This document shows positions 23,654 through 32,000 of a stretch of 32,000 nucleotides of DNA, piece after piece. The notes under the pieces were generated by a model. The model did no database searches, had not been told where the DNA came from, and saw nothing but the letters and a program-made list of their open reading frames with translations. Made by a program: the position numbers and the translations under genes. Source of the stretch: Sulfolobus acidocaldarius DSM 639 (GTDB lineage Archaea; Thermoproteota; Thermoprotei_A; Sulfolobales; Sulfolobaceae); contig NC_007181.1 in NCBI RefSeq assembly GCF_000012285.1, positions 60,001 to 92,000 on the forward strand, in the 5' to 3' direction. Positions within the stretch are counted from its first letter, which is position 1. Each line of letters opens with the position of its first letter.

Positions 23654-24857
23654 CTCAATTTTACTCTTAATAGTTATGGAAACCGATATTGTAAAAACTA
23701 TATTGTCCTATTCTGACAGTTACTTAGCTTTAAGTAGAAAAGTAGAAGTAAACGGGAACAAAATAAGAATTAATGGTGTTGATTATGAATTCCAGAATCC
23801 TCTTTTGATATCTATAGGCAAATCATCACCTAAAATGGCAAAATTTTTCGTGGAGAGACTTAAGGTATCAAGAGGATTGATAGTATCTCCATATCAGGCT
23901 AAGGTTGATAGTCTTGAAGTAATAGTATCTTCTCATCCTAAGATAACTGAGAAAAGTCTGTATGCAGGAAGTAGAATTGTAGATATGTTAAGGCGAGAGG
24001 ATTATGACATAGTAATTTTTTTACTGTCTGGAGGAGCTTCAGCTTTAGTTGAGTACAGTGATGTTCCATTAGAAGTATTAAAGGAAATTAATGATAAGCT
24101 AGTCACATCAGGTCTTTCCATAGACGAAATAAATACGGTTAGAAAGCATTTGTCCAAAATTAAGGGAGGGTGGCTCGCTAAATACTCTAAAGCTCCAATA
24201 GTTTCTCTAATAATCAGTGATGTCCCGAGTAGCGATATCAGTTTTGTTGGGAGTGGACCAACAATTCTTGATAAAACGTCTGTTATCGATGCCGAGAGGA
24301 TATTAGCTAAAATAGGTCTTTCTAGTTACAATAAGTATCTAGTTGAGACTCCAAAGGATATTAAAAATACTGTAAATGTAAAAATATTAGATGTTGAAGA
24401 AGTATTGGTAAAATTAAAGAATCATTTAAAAAATTCTCTATTATTGAGTTCAGAGGTCAAAGGCGATGCTTACTCCTTCGGAGTAAACTTAGCTGGCATA
24501 GCTAATACCTTTGCAAGAATTAATAGACAGGAAAATGTTATTCTGGCAGGAGGGGAGCCAGACGTGAAAATAACATCAAAAGCTGGTAAAGGAGGAAGAA
24601 ATGGAGAAGTATGCTTAGGTTTTCTAAAATATATAAGAGCTAATGCTAAGTTGTACGCCGTAGCAACAGATGGTATTGACGGTAATAGCGAGTACGCAGG
24701 TTGCTACGTAGACCATAATGTAAAAATAGAAAACATTGATTATTATGTCGAGTCCCACTCATCGTACGAAATACTTGAAAAAACAGGTAACGTTATTCAA
24801 ACTGGTTTTACAGGAGATAATGTAAATAATATTTACGTTCTCCACATAAACAATTAA
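23637..24857 (+). CDS. Glycerate 2-kinase family protein (MOFRL/DUF4147)
   Basis: [19 protein letters not shown]...[15 protein letters not shown]...[17 protein letters not shown]...[26 protein letters not shown]...[20 protein letters not shown] at 23676 ([10 protein letters not shown]) may be the real start. Confidence 0.88.
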   Translation: MKGYYSSILLLIVMETDIVKTILSYSDSYLALSRKVEVNGNKIRINGVDYEFQNPLLISIGKSSPKMAKFFVERLKVSRGLIVSPYQAKVDSLEVIVSSHPKITEKSLYAGSRIVDMLRREDYDIVIFLLSGGASALVEYSDVPLEVLKEINDKLVTSGLSIDEINTVRKHLSKIKGGWLAKYSKAPIVSLIISDVPSSDISFVGSGPTILDKTSVIDAERILAKIGLSSYNKYLVETPKDIKNTVNVKILDVEEVLVKLKNHLKNSLLLSSEVKGDAYSFGVNLAGIANTFARINRQENVILAGGEPDVKITSKAGKGGRNGEVCLGFLKYIRANAKLYAVATDGIDGNSEYAGCYVDHNVKIENIDYYVESHSSYEILEKTGNVIQTGFTGDNVNNIYVLHINN

Positions 24858-24985
24858 ATTGCATATTAAATAAAGGACATTAAGTCTTAGGTAACCTATT
24901 TTTCCATTATCGCTTGTAATAATAAAGATACTAATATATAGCAAAAGAAATATATATGATTTTACATAAATATGTAACTTAATTC

Positions 24986-25276
24986 ATGAGTTCTGATAAT
25001 ATTGTCTTCATGACCGAACCACATGAGAATAGTATTACCTGGAGAGTAAGCTCAAGAGAAAAAATGGTAATTAAAAAAATCTTAAAACTAAAACATGGGT
25101 TAAACAGGCCAAAACTATATTTCTTCCATGAGACTTTCGTAGGAGGAGAATTATTCCATTATTGCAAGTATGAGAGTGAGCTGATTTTTGCGTATATCGT
25201 CTTCAGGAGAGAGAGTAAAAAATGTGATAGTTTTCACCTAAGATTTAATTTGAAGGGTGAAGTTCTCAAATGGTGA
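24986..25276 (+). CDS. Small hypothetical protein, overlaps the ABC permease start
   Basis: 96 aa ORF MSSDNIVFMTEPHENSITWRV..., 7 nt overlap with 25270 ORF. Confidence 0.65.
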   Translation: MSSDNIVFMTEPHENSITWRVSSREKMVIKKILKLKHGLNRPKLYFFHETFVGGELFHYCKYESELIFAYIVFRRESKKCDSFHLRFNLKGEVLKW

Positions 25277-26070
25277 AGTCTTCTACAGGTTTTAAGATTA
25301 GTTCGTTTGTGTTAACATTACTGCTAGTTATTCCGGTTTTATTTTTACTATTTTATGGTTACGGTCCATATTTTGTAGGGTCTACAGCATTTAGTAGAGC
25401 ATTACTTTCATCCATAGCACTATCCTTCTTTTCCTCAAGTGTGGCAACTGTTCTAATTATAATTATTTTTACCCCATTGGCTTATTATTTAGCTAGACAT
25501 AGGAATCCTTTGATAGAAAGTCTAGTTGATATTCCTGCATCTATTCCTCATCCTATAGTGGGGATCGCAGTTATTTTCATGGGAAGTCCTCTTAATCCAT
25601 TAGGGAGATTTCTTACTTCATTAGGTATTAACATCTATTATAGCTACTTAGGTCTCATACTTGCTTTAGTTATAACATCAGCCCCAGTGTACATTAGAGC
25701 CATGCAAAATTTTTATGAATCTTTACCAAGAAGTTATGAAGAGTTCTCATGGTCTCTAAGATATTCAGAAGTTAGTACTTTTTTTAGAGTCATATTTCCA
25801 TTGTCAACTGGAGGTATCATATCTGCTGGTCTCACTGCAATTGCTAGAGCTATTAGCGAATTCGGTTCAGTTTCTATTGTAGCACCTTTTCTCTCTGGTT
25901 GGATTTTTAATGGTGACTCTCCTGCATCTGTGTACATTTACAACGAGTACCAGACTTACTTTAATGCAGCTATTACAGCATCTGCGACCTTAATTATATT
26001 TTCCTTATTGTTAGTTTTCTCCACAAGAATTGTAAAAATAGTACTAGAGAAGTTAAGATTACTTTATTAA
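25270..26070 (+). CDS. ABC transporter permease, molybdate/tungstate/sulfate-type (ModB/WtpB-like)
   Basis: 266 aa, about 6 TM; DIPASIPHPIVGIAVIFMGSPLNPLG...YYSYLGLILALVITSAPVYIRAMQNFYESLPRSYEEFSWSLRYS...ARAISEFGSVSIVAPF. Confidence 0.83.
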   Translation: MVKSSTGFKISSFVLTLLLVIPVLFLLFYGYGPYFVGSTAFSRALLSSIALSFFSSSVATVLIIIIFTPLAYYLARHRNPLIESLVDIPASIPHPIVGIAVIFMGSPLNPLGRFLTSLGINIYYSYLGLILALVITSAPVYIRAMQNFYESLPRSYEEFSWSLRYSEVSTFFRVIFPLSTGGIISAGLTAIARAISEFGSVSIVAPFLSGWIFNGDSPASVYIYNEYQTYFNAAITASATLIIFSLLLVFSTRIVKIVLEKLRLLY

Positions 26071-26157
26071 GTCTACCGACTAATCTTATTCCAATGAAGA
26101 ACCCAACCTTATCTGAGGTTATGATGACAGGTTGTTCGTCAGATCGATGTGATTTAA

Positions 26158-26481
26158 ATGTTGTGTAGAGATATGGAATGTATAAAAGGTGTTATTAGAA
26201 GAATTCTCGAGGAGGAAGGCAAAGAGAGTGATGTAGATATACAGATAACCGACCTACCTTATAATCAGCTGTCAGTGTTAGAGGGTAAAGTGGTTAAAAT
26301 AAATTCCTTGCGTTATGAGAGCATGTCTATACAGAGTGGAAATGAGTCCCTCATCATGTCAACATTTCTCATAATAGCTATATTGAAAGCAATATATAGG
26401 GACGACAATGAAGTGAAAAGAGTGCTTGAAACATACTTAAAGGACAACGGTATTGCATCTAAAATGTTAAATATGTTATAA
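26158..26481 (+). CDS. Small hypothetical protein
   Basis: 107 aa ORF MLCRDMECIKGVIRRILEEEGKESDVDIQITDLPYNQLS..., downstream of the permease, same strand. Confidence 0.6.
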   Translation: MLCRDMECIKGVIRRILEEEGKESDVDIQITDLPYNQLSVLEGKVVKINSLRYESMSIQSGNESLIMSTFLIIAILKAIYRDDNEVKRVLETYLKDNGIASKMLNML

Positions 26482-26486
26482 TACCT

Positions 26487-27179
26487 TTATTCTCCTCTTT
26501 TCTCCATTGCTTTTATAGCGTTCTTCACAAAGTCCTCTACTACTTTTTCAGGCTCCTTTGCTTTCATCACTGCACTAGCTGCACCTATACCATCAGCACC
26601 CAATTCTATAGCCTTAAAGACATCTTCTCCTGTTGTTATTCCGGCTCCTGCTAATAGGTAAACATCTTTAGTTTTCTTAATTTCCTCCACAGCCTTAGTT
26701 ATGGCTTCAGGTTTAGCCTTTGACACGGGAATACCTGTTCCTATTAGTTCTGGAGGCTCTATTAATACAGCGTTAGGTCTCAGCAACGCGACGGGCAAAA
26801 CTAATTCATATCTGTCCACGCATACTACACTCTCTAAATTCAGTACTCTGATTCTCTCTAACGATTCAGCCATTTCGTCTAATCTTATTCTTCTCTCGCT
26901 ATGGTTAAGCAGAGATCCTCTGGCGCCAGCATCCTTTATCATTTCAGGTAATATGGCTCCTGTTCTAGCACCCTGTTCTCCACTATCAACATGCTGGGCA
27001 AATACAGTCAATTCAGATTCCTCACTTATACGGTGTATCATTGTAGCTGGGACGGAAACTATTATTTCGGTTCCATATTCTTTGCTTACTTTTTCTATTT
27101 TCTTTGTTATTTCGATAGATTTCTTGCCATAAGAATTTTCATAAGCTTTATAATTAATTAAAATAACAGGCGGTTTCAT
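26487..27179 (-). CDS. tpiA: Triosephosphate isomerase (archaeal type)
   Basis: [21 protein letters not shown]...[39 protein letters not shown]...[25 protein letters not shown]...[13 protein letters not shown]. Confidence 0.96.
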   Translation of the reverse strand: MKPPVILINYKAYENSYGKKSIEITKKIEKVSKEYGTEIIVSVPATMIHRISEESELTVFAQHVDSGEQGARTGAILPEMIKDAGARGSLLNHSERRIRLDEMAESLERIRVLNLESVVCVDRYELVLPVALLRPNAVLIEPPELIGTGIPVSKAKPEAITKAVEEIKKTKDVYLLAGAGITTGEDVFKAIELGADGIGAASAVMKAKEPEKVVEDFVKNAIKAMEKRGE

Positions 27180-27192
27180 GTCATACTATTGA

Positions 27193-27738
27193 ATGGGGGA
27201 ATTCATATTGAAATTTTGTGGTATAGATTTAGCCGTAAAGCGACCTTCTACAATAGCCGTTTTTGAAAATACATTAATTTATGTAAGTGATGTTGTTACC
27301 GATGGAGAGATTCTCTCGGGTTGTTCTGGTTCCAAAATTATTGCTATAGACTCGCCGTTGTCAATGTCCAAGGGGTTTAGAAAAGTAGATAGGTTAATGA
27401 TAAAAAACGGCTTTAGGGTACTTCCTCCAAGTTGGATGAAAGGATTAGTAGAGAGAGCCATCAGGTTGAATTCCATTTTAAATGCAGAAGTAATTGAGAC
27501 CCATCCGACCTCATCTGAAAAGAACATCAATTTGAATTGGAAAGACGTGGGGGCTAAAAAGAAGGACGAATTAGATGCGGTTATATGCGCTTTAGTAGCC
27601 TATTTTAAGGATAAGGGGAATATATTGAAAATTGAGGCTGAAGATGGTATAATTTATCTATTACCCAGAGGTACTCTTAAAATCGAGAGGAAAAGTGAGA
27701 ATATTTATGAATTTAAAGACTTTTATCCAGCTCTTTAA
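27193..27738 (+). CDS. DUF429-family (RNase H-like fold) protein
   Basis: FCGIDLAVKRPSTIAVFE...IIAIDSPLSMSKGFRKVDRLMIKNGFRVLPPSW...RAIRLNSILNAEVIETHPTSS...KDELDAVICALVAYF. Confidence 0.75.
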   Translation: MGEFILKFCGIDLAVKRPSTIAVFENTLIYVSDVVTDGEILSGCSGSKIIAIDSPLSMSKGFRKVDRLMIKNGFRVLPPSWMKGLVERAIRLNSILNAEVIETHPTSSEKNINLNWKDVGAKKKDELDAVICALVAYFKDKGNILKIEAEDGIIYLLPRGTLKIERKSENIYEFKDFYPAL

Positions 27739-29284
27739 TAAAGGTGTTTAATCGCTGATACATTATCACTATTACGATTATGGAGACTAGTATTCCTAAA
27801 TAGATGACGTAATAGTTGAGTTCTGATATTATTCGTACGATAAAAATTTCAAAATTAATGGTTATAAACACGTATATAATCCATAAAATAATTTCATTTA
27901 TTCTCTTTTGTCCTAAGTTACTTAATCTTCTAGTTTCCTCTATCACAAGTAAAGCTAATAGAAACGGCACTAATACTGATATAAGTGGGGCTATGTAGAT
28001 AAAAAATCTCGCAAAAGAAACTAGAAATATGAGAAGATACGAGGCTGAGAATATTGTTATTAATCCTATTAAAATAAACCTTAGTATAAAATTTGACGTT
28101 GTATTTCTATTTAATTTAACCACCCTTGTTATTCTTTGCAGTGCTCCATCAATTCTATCTATCCGTAATTTTTCATATGTCTTTGATATGAGTCCTATTA
28201 TTCTTCTTTCCCTAGGCACTGTTATACTAGTTATGGTCGATGACATCATGACCAAGAATGCTGATAAATTATACACAAGTGATGTAATGATACCCTGCTG
28301 AAATGCGTTAAGCGCTACAATTATTCCTAGTTCGCTCAAAGATGTCATATAGATTCCTGATCTAAAGGCTACGAGGAAATTTGATCCTGTTAACCAATAC
28401 GATGTGCTAAATGACAAGTATTTAACTAGTGTCATAATCAATGATATGGGCACTAGTACATATAGAGACGATAATGATAAATTTAGATAACTACCGGCTG
28501 AGAAAAAGAAAAATATTAGGGAGAAGTCGATTAATGGCGACAAGATCCTTGATACTTTCTTGGTATCTTTCAGTGCATATGAAGCACCTAAGCCAAGTAG
28601 AAAATTAGCTAAAGTTGAAGGGATGTCGAATATCTGTCCAAGTAATGAGAAGCTTAAAACTGATGCTATACTAGAAATAATAACGGATTCTTCTGAAGTA
28701 TTTATACTTCTATTTATTATTGTCCTGGAAACTAGATAACCCAGTCCGAGAGAGGCTAAGGATGTTGGTATTATTTCGACTATATTGGAATTCGATGATA
28801 ATATAACGCCGAGAGCTATGAAAGTTATAACATCTTCTAGTGATAAAACCGCTAATATGAGACCAGACTGTTTATCATCTATTTTATTTTGAATCAATTT
28901 ATAGGTAATTGTAGTGCTAGTTGTCACGCTTATTATTGTCAATATGAAGGTGTCGTAAAAAGGCAAACCGATAATTAGTGAGATGATTGATATTATCGTA
29001 AATCCAACTATGTACTCGGTTATAGCTATTATAGTAGCCTTTGAAAGAATATTTTTCAATTCCCTTATGTCGAGTGAAATACCCACGTTAAAAGAGACTA
29101 AATTAATAGCCAACGTGGATAAAAAATTAAACAAGTCACTACTGTAATCTAAGCCAAAACTCTTACCCAATAGACCGGCTATCAGATAAGCTGGAATAGG
29201 GGATATTCTAAACCTACTTAATGCAACTCCAAATATAGTTGCTATAACCAACGTTAATGTAATAAGAGTAAGTTGCGATTCCAT
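27713..29284 (-). CDS. CPA2-family cation/proton antiporter (Kef/NapA-type membrane domain)
   Basis: 523 aa, 12 or more TM; PIPAYLIAGLLGKSFGLDYSSDLFNFLSTLAINLVSFNVGISLDIREL...VLSLEDVITFIALG...FFFSAGSYLNL...YMTSLSELGIIVAL. No obvious C-terminal RCK/TrkA domain. Confidence 0.85.
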   Translation of the reverse strand: MESQLTLITLTLVIATIFGVALSRFRISPIPAYLIAGLLGKSFGLDYSSDLFNFLSTLAINLVSFNVGISLDIRELKNILSKATIIAITEYIVGFTIISIISLIIGLPFYDTFILTIISVTTSTTITYKLIQNKIDDKQSGLILAVLSLEDVITFIALGVILSSNSNIVEIIPTSLASLGLGYLVSRTIINRSINTSEESVIISSIASVLSFSLLGQIFDIPSTLANFLLGLGASYALKDTKKVSRILSPLIDFSLIFFFFSAGSYLNLSLSSLYVLVPISLIMTLVKYLSFSTSYWLTGSNFLVAFRSGIYMTSLSELGIIVALNAFQQGIITSLVYNLSAFLVMMSSTITSITVPRERRIIGLISKTYEKLRIDRIDGALQRITRVVKLNRNTTSNFILRFILIGLITIFSASYLLIFLVSFARFFIYIAPLISVLVPFLLALLVIEETRRLSNLGQKRINEIILWIIYVFITINFEIFIVRIISELNYYVIYLGILVSIIVIVIMYQRLNTFIKELDKSL

Positions 29285-29666
29285 TTTATGTTCAATCTTT
29301 AAAATAATAAATAATAAATCATTCCTAGAAATAGATACGTAAAGGGTGTAAAGAAAAAATGATTATATGGACAGAAGATACAAGGTTCAAAATATATTAT
29401 ATTAAAAATCATTTGTTAAGTTCTATCTTTTAGCTGGGAATAAGAATAGATATAACATGTGAAGTTTTGGTAAATAAAGTTCATTTATGATAGATTATAC
29501 TCATGCATAGACGAATTTTAATTTCTTATGAGTATATTCCACCGTATATAAAGTCTGTTTACCCTTCAGAGAGAAGTACCATTTAACTCATTAAAACGTC
29601 ATACGATAGATTATTGCCCTTCAATACACATTTTATTTACTAATTTAAATTTGATTCTGATAAGAT

Positions 29667-30632
29667 TTGGTAGTGGTTAAAAGCGAAGTGATTGATAGCC
29701 AGTATCTTAAGAATAATCCATTGAATGATCCCCCATCAAGAAAAGTATATACATTGGAGGTGAATCCTTCTTCGTCTCCTACTTTGATCATTTATCTCAG
29801 TGGTTTTCTATCATCATCTATAAGTTTATTGAATTATGATCCCTTAGTAGAAAATTTTGATCAGAAATTGACTAGACTTAGTAAAGAGGGTAAAATAGAC
29901 AACATGGTTGTTCTTTTACCAGATACCTTCACTTCCGTTGGAGGAAATCAATATATAAATTCTTCAGCTGTTGGTCTCTACGAGGACTTTATTGTTAGGG
30001 AATTGATTCCATATTTTAAGGAGAAATATCATGCTCAGAATGTTGTATTGATGGGCAAGTCTTCTGGTGGATATGGTGCTATGGTATTAGGCATGAAATA
30101 TCCTAATATAATCTCGGGAATAGTTAACCATTCCGGCGATGCGTATTTCGAGTACATTTATATTCCAATGTTCCCTAAAGTTCTGAAGCACCTAAGGAAG
30201 TTTAGCTCTCCAAAGGAATGGTTGAAGCATTTTTGGGAGAGGTCTGACAGGAAGAGAAAAGATCTACTTGATACGCTAACATTAGTTGCAATGTCTGCCT
30301 TCTATTCTCCCCAGGATACGGATATATTGTTACCGTTTGAGTTAGAGACAGGAGAGATAAATTACAATATATGGAATATGTGGTTGGAAAAAGATCCTGT
30401 TAGAATAGTGGATAAAATGTATGATAACCTGAGAAATCTTAAGTTGTTATACATAGATGTAGGGAATAAGGATGAATTCAAACTGGATATAGGTCTAAGG
30501 ATATTGCATGAGAAATTAAACAAACATAGTGTAAATCACTTTTATGAAGAGTACGACGGTGGACATTTCAATATGAGTTTCAGATACGATATCTCTTTAT
30601 CTTTAGTGTCAAGGGTGTTCAATAATAAATAA
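29667..30632 (+). CDS. Esterase family alpha/beta hydrolase (esterase D/PF00756-like)
   Basis: VVLLPDTFTSVGGNQYINSSAVGLYEDFIVRELIPYFKEKYHAQNVVLMGKSSGGYGAMVLGMKYPNIISGIVNHSGDA...EEYDGGHFNMSFRY; TTG start. Confidence 0.85.
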   Translation: MVVVKSEVIDSQYLKNNPLNDPPSRKVYTLEVNPSSSPTLIIYLSGFLSSSISLLNYDPLVENFDQKLTRLSKEGKIDNMVVLLPDTFTSVGGNQYINSSAVGLYEDFIVRELIPYFKEKYHAQNVVLMGKSSGGYGAMVLGMKYPNIISGIVNHSGDAYFEYIYIPMFPKVLKHLRKFSSPKEWLKHFWERSDRKRKDLLDTLTLVAMSAFYSPQDTDILLPFELETGEINYNIWNMWLEKDPVRIVDKMYDNLRNLKLLYIDVGNKDEFKLDIGLRILHEKLNKHSVNHFYEEYDGGHFNMSFRYDISLSLVSRVFNNK

Positions 30633-30714
30633 ACACCATGTATCTACACTGAATATACAAACCGTGTTTGTCTATTTAGAGTAACTTTTATATATATAGA
30701 AAATCTACTTGGAA

Positions 30715-30969
30715 TATTAATTGCAAGATCTTTAGTGTAGTACCTAAGGTTTTATTAGTGCAAAAACATAAATGATCAACGTAGTAGTTTTAAGAAAAAT
30801 CAAGGAGTTTATTTTTCACTTAAAAAGGAGATTAGAATAATTGTTCTTATGCATATACCTCAAATGACAAAATGGTCTCATTATGTATGGTTTATGGGTC
30901 AAAATATGAGGTATTTGATAACCCTAGAAAGGAGCTCACAGTAAAATACGTTCTAGGTAAATTCGGTTA
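30715..30969 (+). pseudogene. Decayed 3' remnant of a PstB-like phosphate ABC transporter ATPase
   Basis: Conceptual fragments on one strand in consecutive but shifting frames: LIARSLV / VVPKVLLV / KIKEFIFHLK / LKKEIRIIVLMHIPQMTKWSHYVWFM / [26 protein letters not shown]. The last matches the typical PstB C-terminus (VF.NP..ELT..YV.GKFG). Confidence 0.65.
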
Positions 30970-31410
30970 AACTTTTACACTCTCCTCCAAAGAATTCTTT
31001 CCAGTCTGAGCTAAAGTAAAACTTACAATCCACTTTTTCTCCTGCTAGGACTTTAGGTAACCATATCTTATCATCTTGCCACATTTCCTCGTACGGTGGT
31101 TCTTTGAGCCACATTGGTATACCTTCCTCACTTGCCCTTGGAATTCCCTCAAATTCTGTAACAAGATATACATGCATTAAATACTTTTCCTGACCGTAAA
31201 GAAATTCTATTTTACCTACTCTCTCTGACGAGAGGACTCTGATCCCCAACTCCTCGTAAAGTTCTCTTTCGACGCATTCTCTGGGTGTTTCTGTATCCCT
31301 TAATTTTCCTCCAGCTGAATTTATATAACCTGTTCCAATTCCTCTTAACTTTCTAATGAATAGAAAAAAATCTCCTCTTTTTACTACTCCTAAACATGTC
31401 TCCATGAATC

Positions 31411-31414
<4 letters not shown>
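30953..31414 (-). CDS. NUDIX hydrolase (MTH1/8-oxo-dGTPase-like)
   Basis: Nudix box [24 protein letters not shown]; overlaps the fumarase stop. Start may be the second Met ([10 protein letters not shown]). Confidence 0.9.

Positions 31415-32000
<586 letters not shown>

Noticed and set aside
26701-27132. 143 aa + strand ORF opposite tpiA
   Set aside because: Long, but antisense to a clear triosephosphate isomerase; Ser/Leu-rich translation typical of a shadow frame.
29285-29666. Intergenic region upstream of the esterase scanned for pst or transposase remnants
   Set aside because: Short frames such as MHRRILISYEYIPPYIKSVYPSERSTI* show no recognisable family; AT-rich promoter-like DNA only.

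Overview
The window looks like ordinary core chromosome from a Sulfolobales archaeon. Gene order and protein similarity, from memory, suggest Sulfolobus acidocaldarius or a close relative. The main + strand block is rps13-rps4-rps11-rpo3(Fe-S)-rpl18e-rpl13-rps9-rpo10-rps2, then MEMO-GHMP-like-IDI2-polyprenyl synthase-AglH-HAD. It is followed by the SRP 7S RNA, a tRNA-Ser(GCT) on the minus strand, and a doxBCE-type terminal quinol oxidase cluster. Next come an Lrs14-like regulator, a minus-strand DPH6/aKMT-like/mobA/moeA cluster divergent from mobB, a DtxR/MntR regulator, glycerate kinase, an orphan ABC permease, tpiA, a CPA2 antiporter, an esterase, a NUDIX hydrolase and a truncated fumarase. 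I found no CRISPR array, transposon or obvious defence island, and no convincing new multi-gene system. Points worth a second look: an AbrB/SpoVT-like gene with an apparent single-base frameshift (about 16782-16944); a decayed PstB-like ATPase remnant in the 30.7-30.97 kb intergenic gap; an idi (IDI2) gene that seems to need a non-canonical ATT/ATA start; a degenerate GHMP-kinase-like ORF in the usual mevalonate kinase position; an aKMT-like methyltransferase overlapping a DPH6-type gene; a C/D-box-like 12/4/12 arrangement that overlaps a possible microORF (26094-26168); and an inverted repeat around the TATA box of the Lrs14-like gene.
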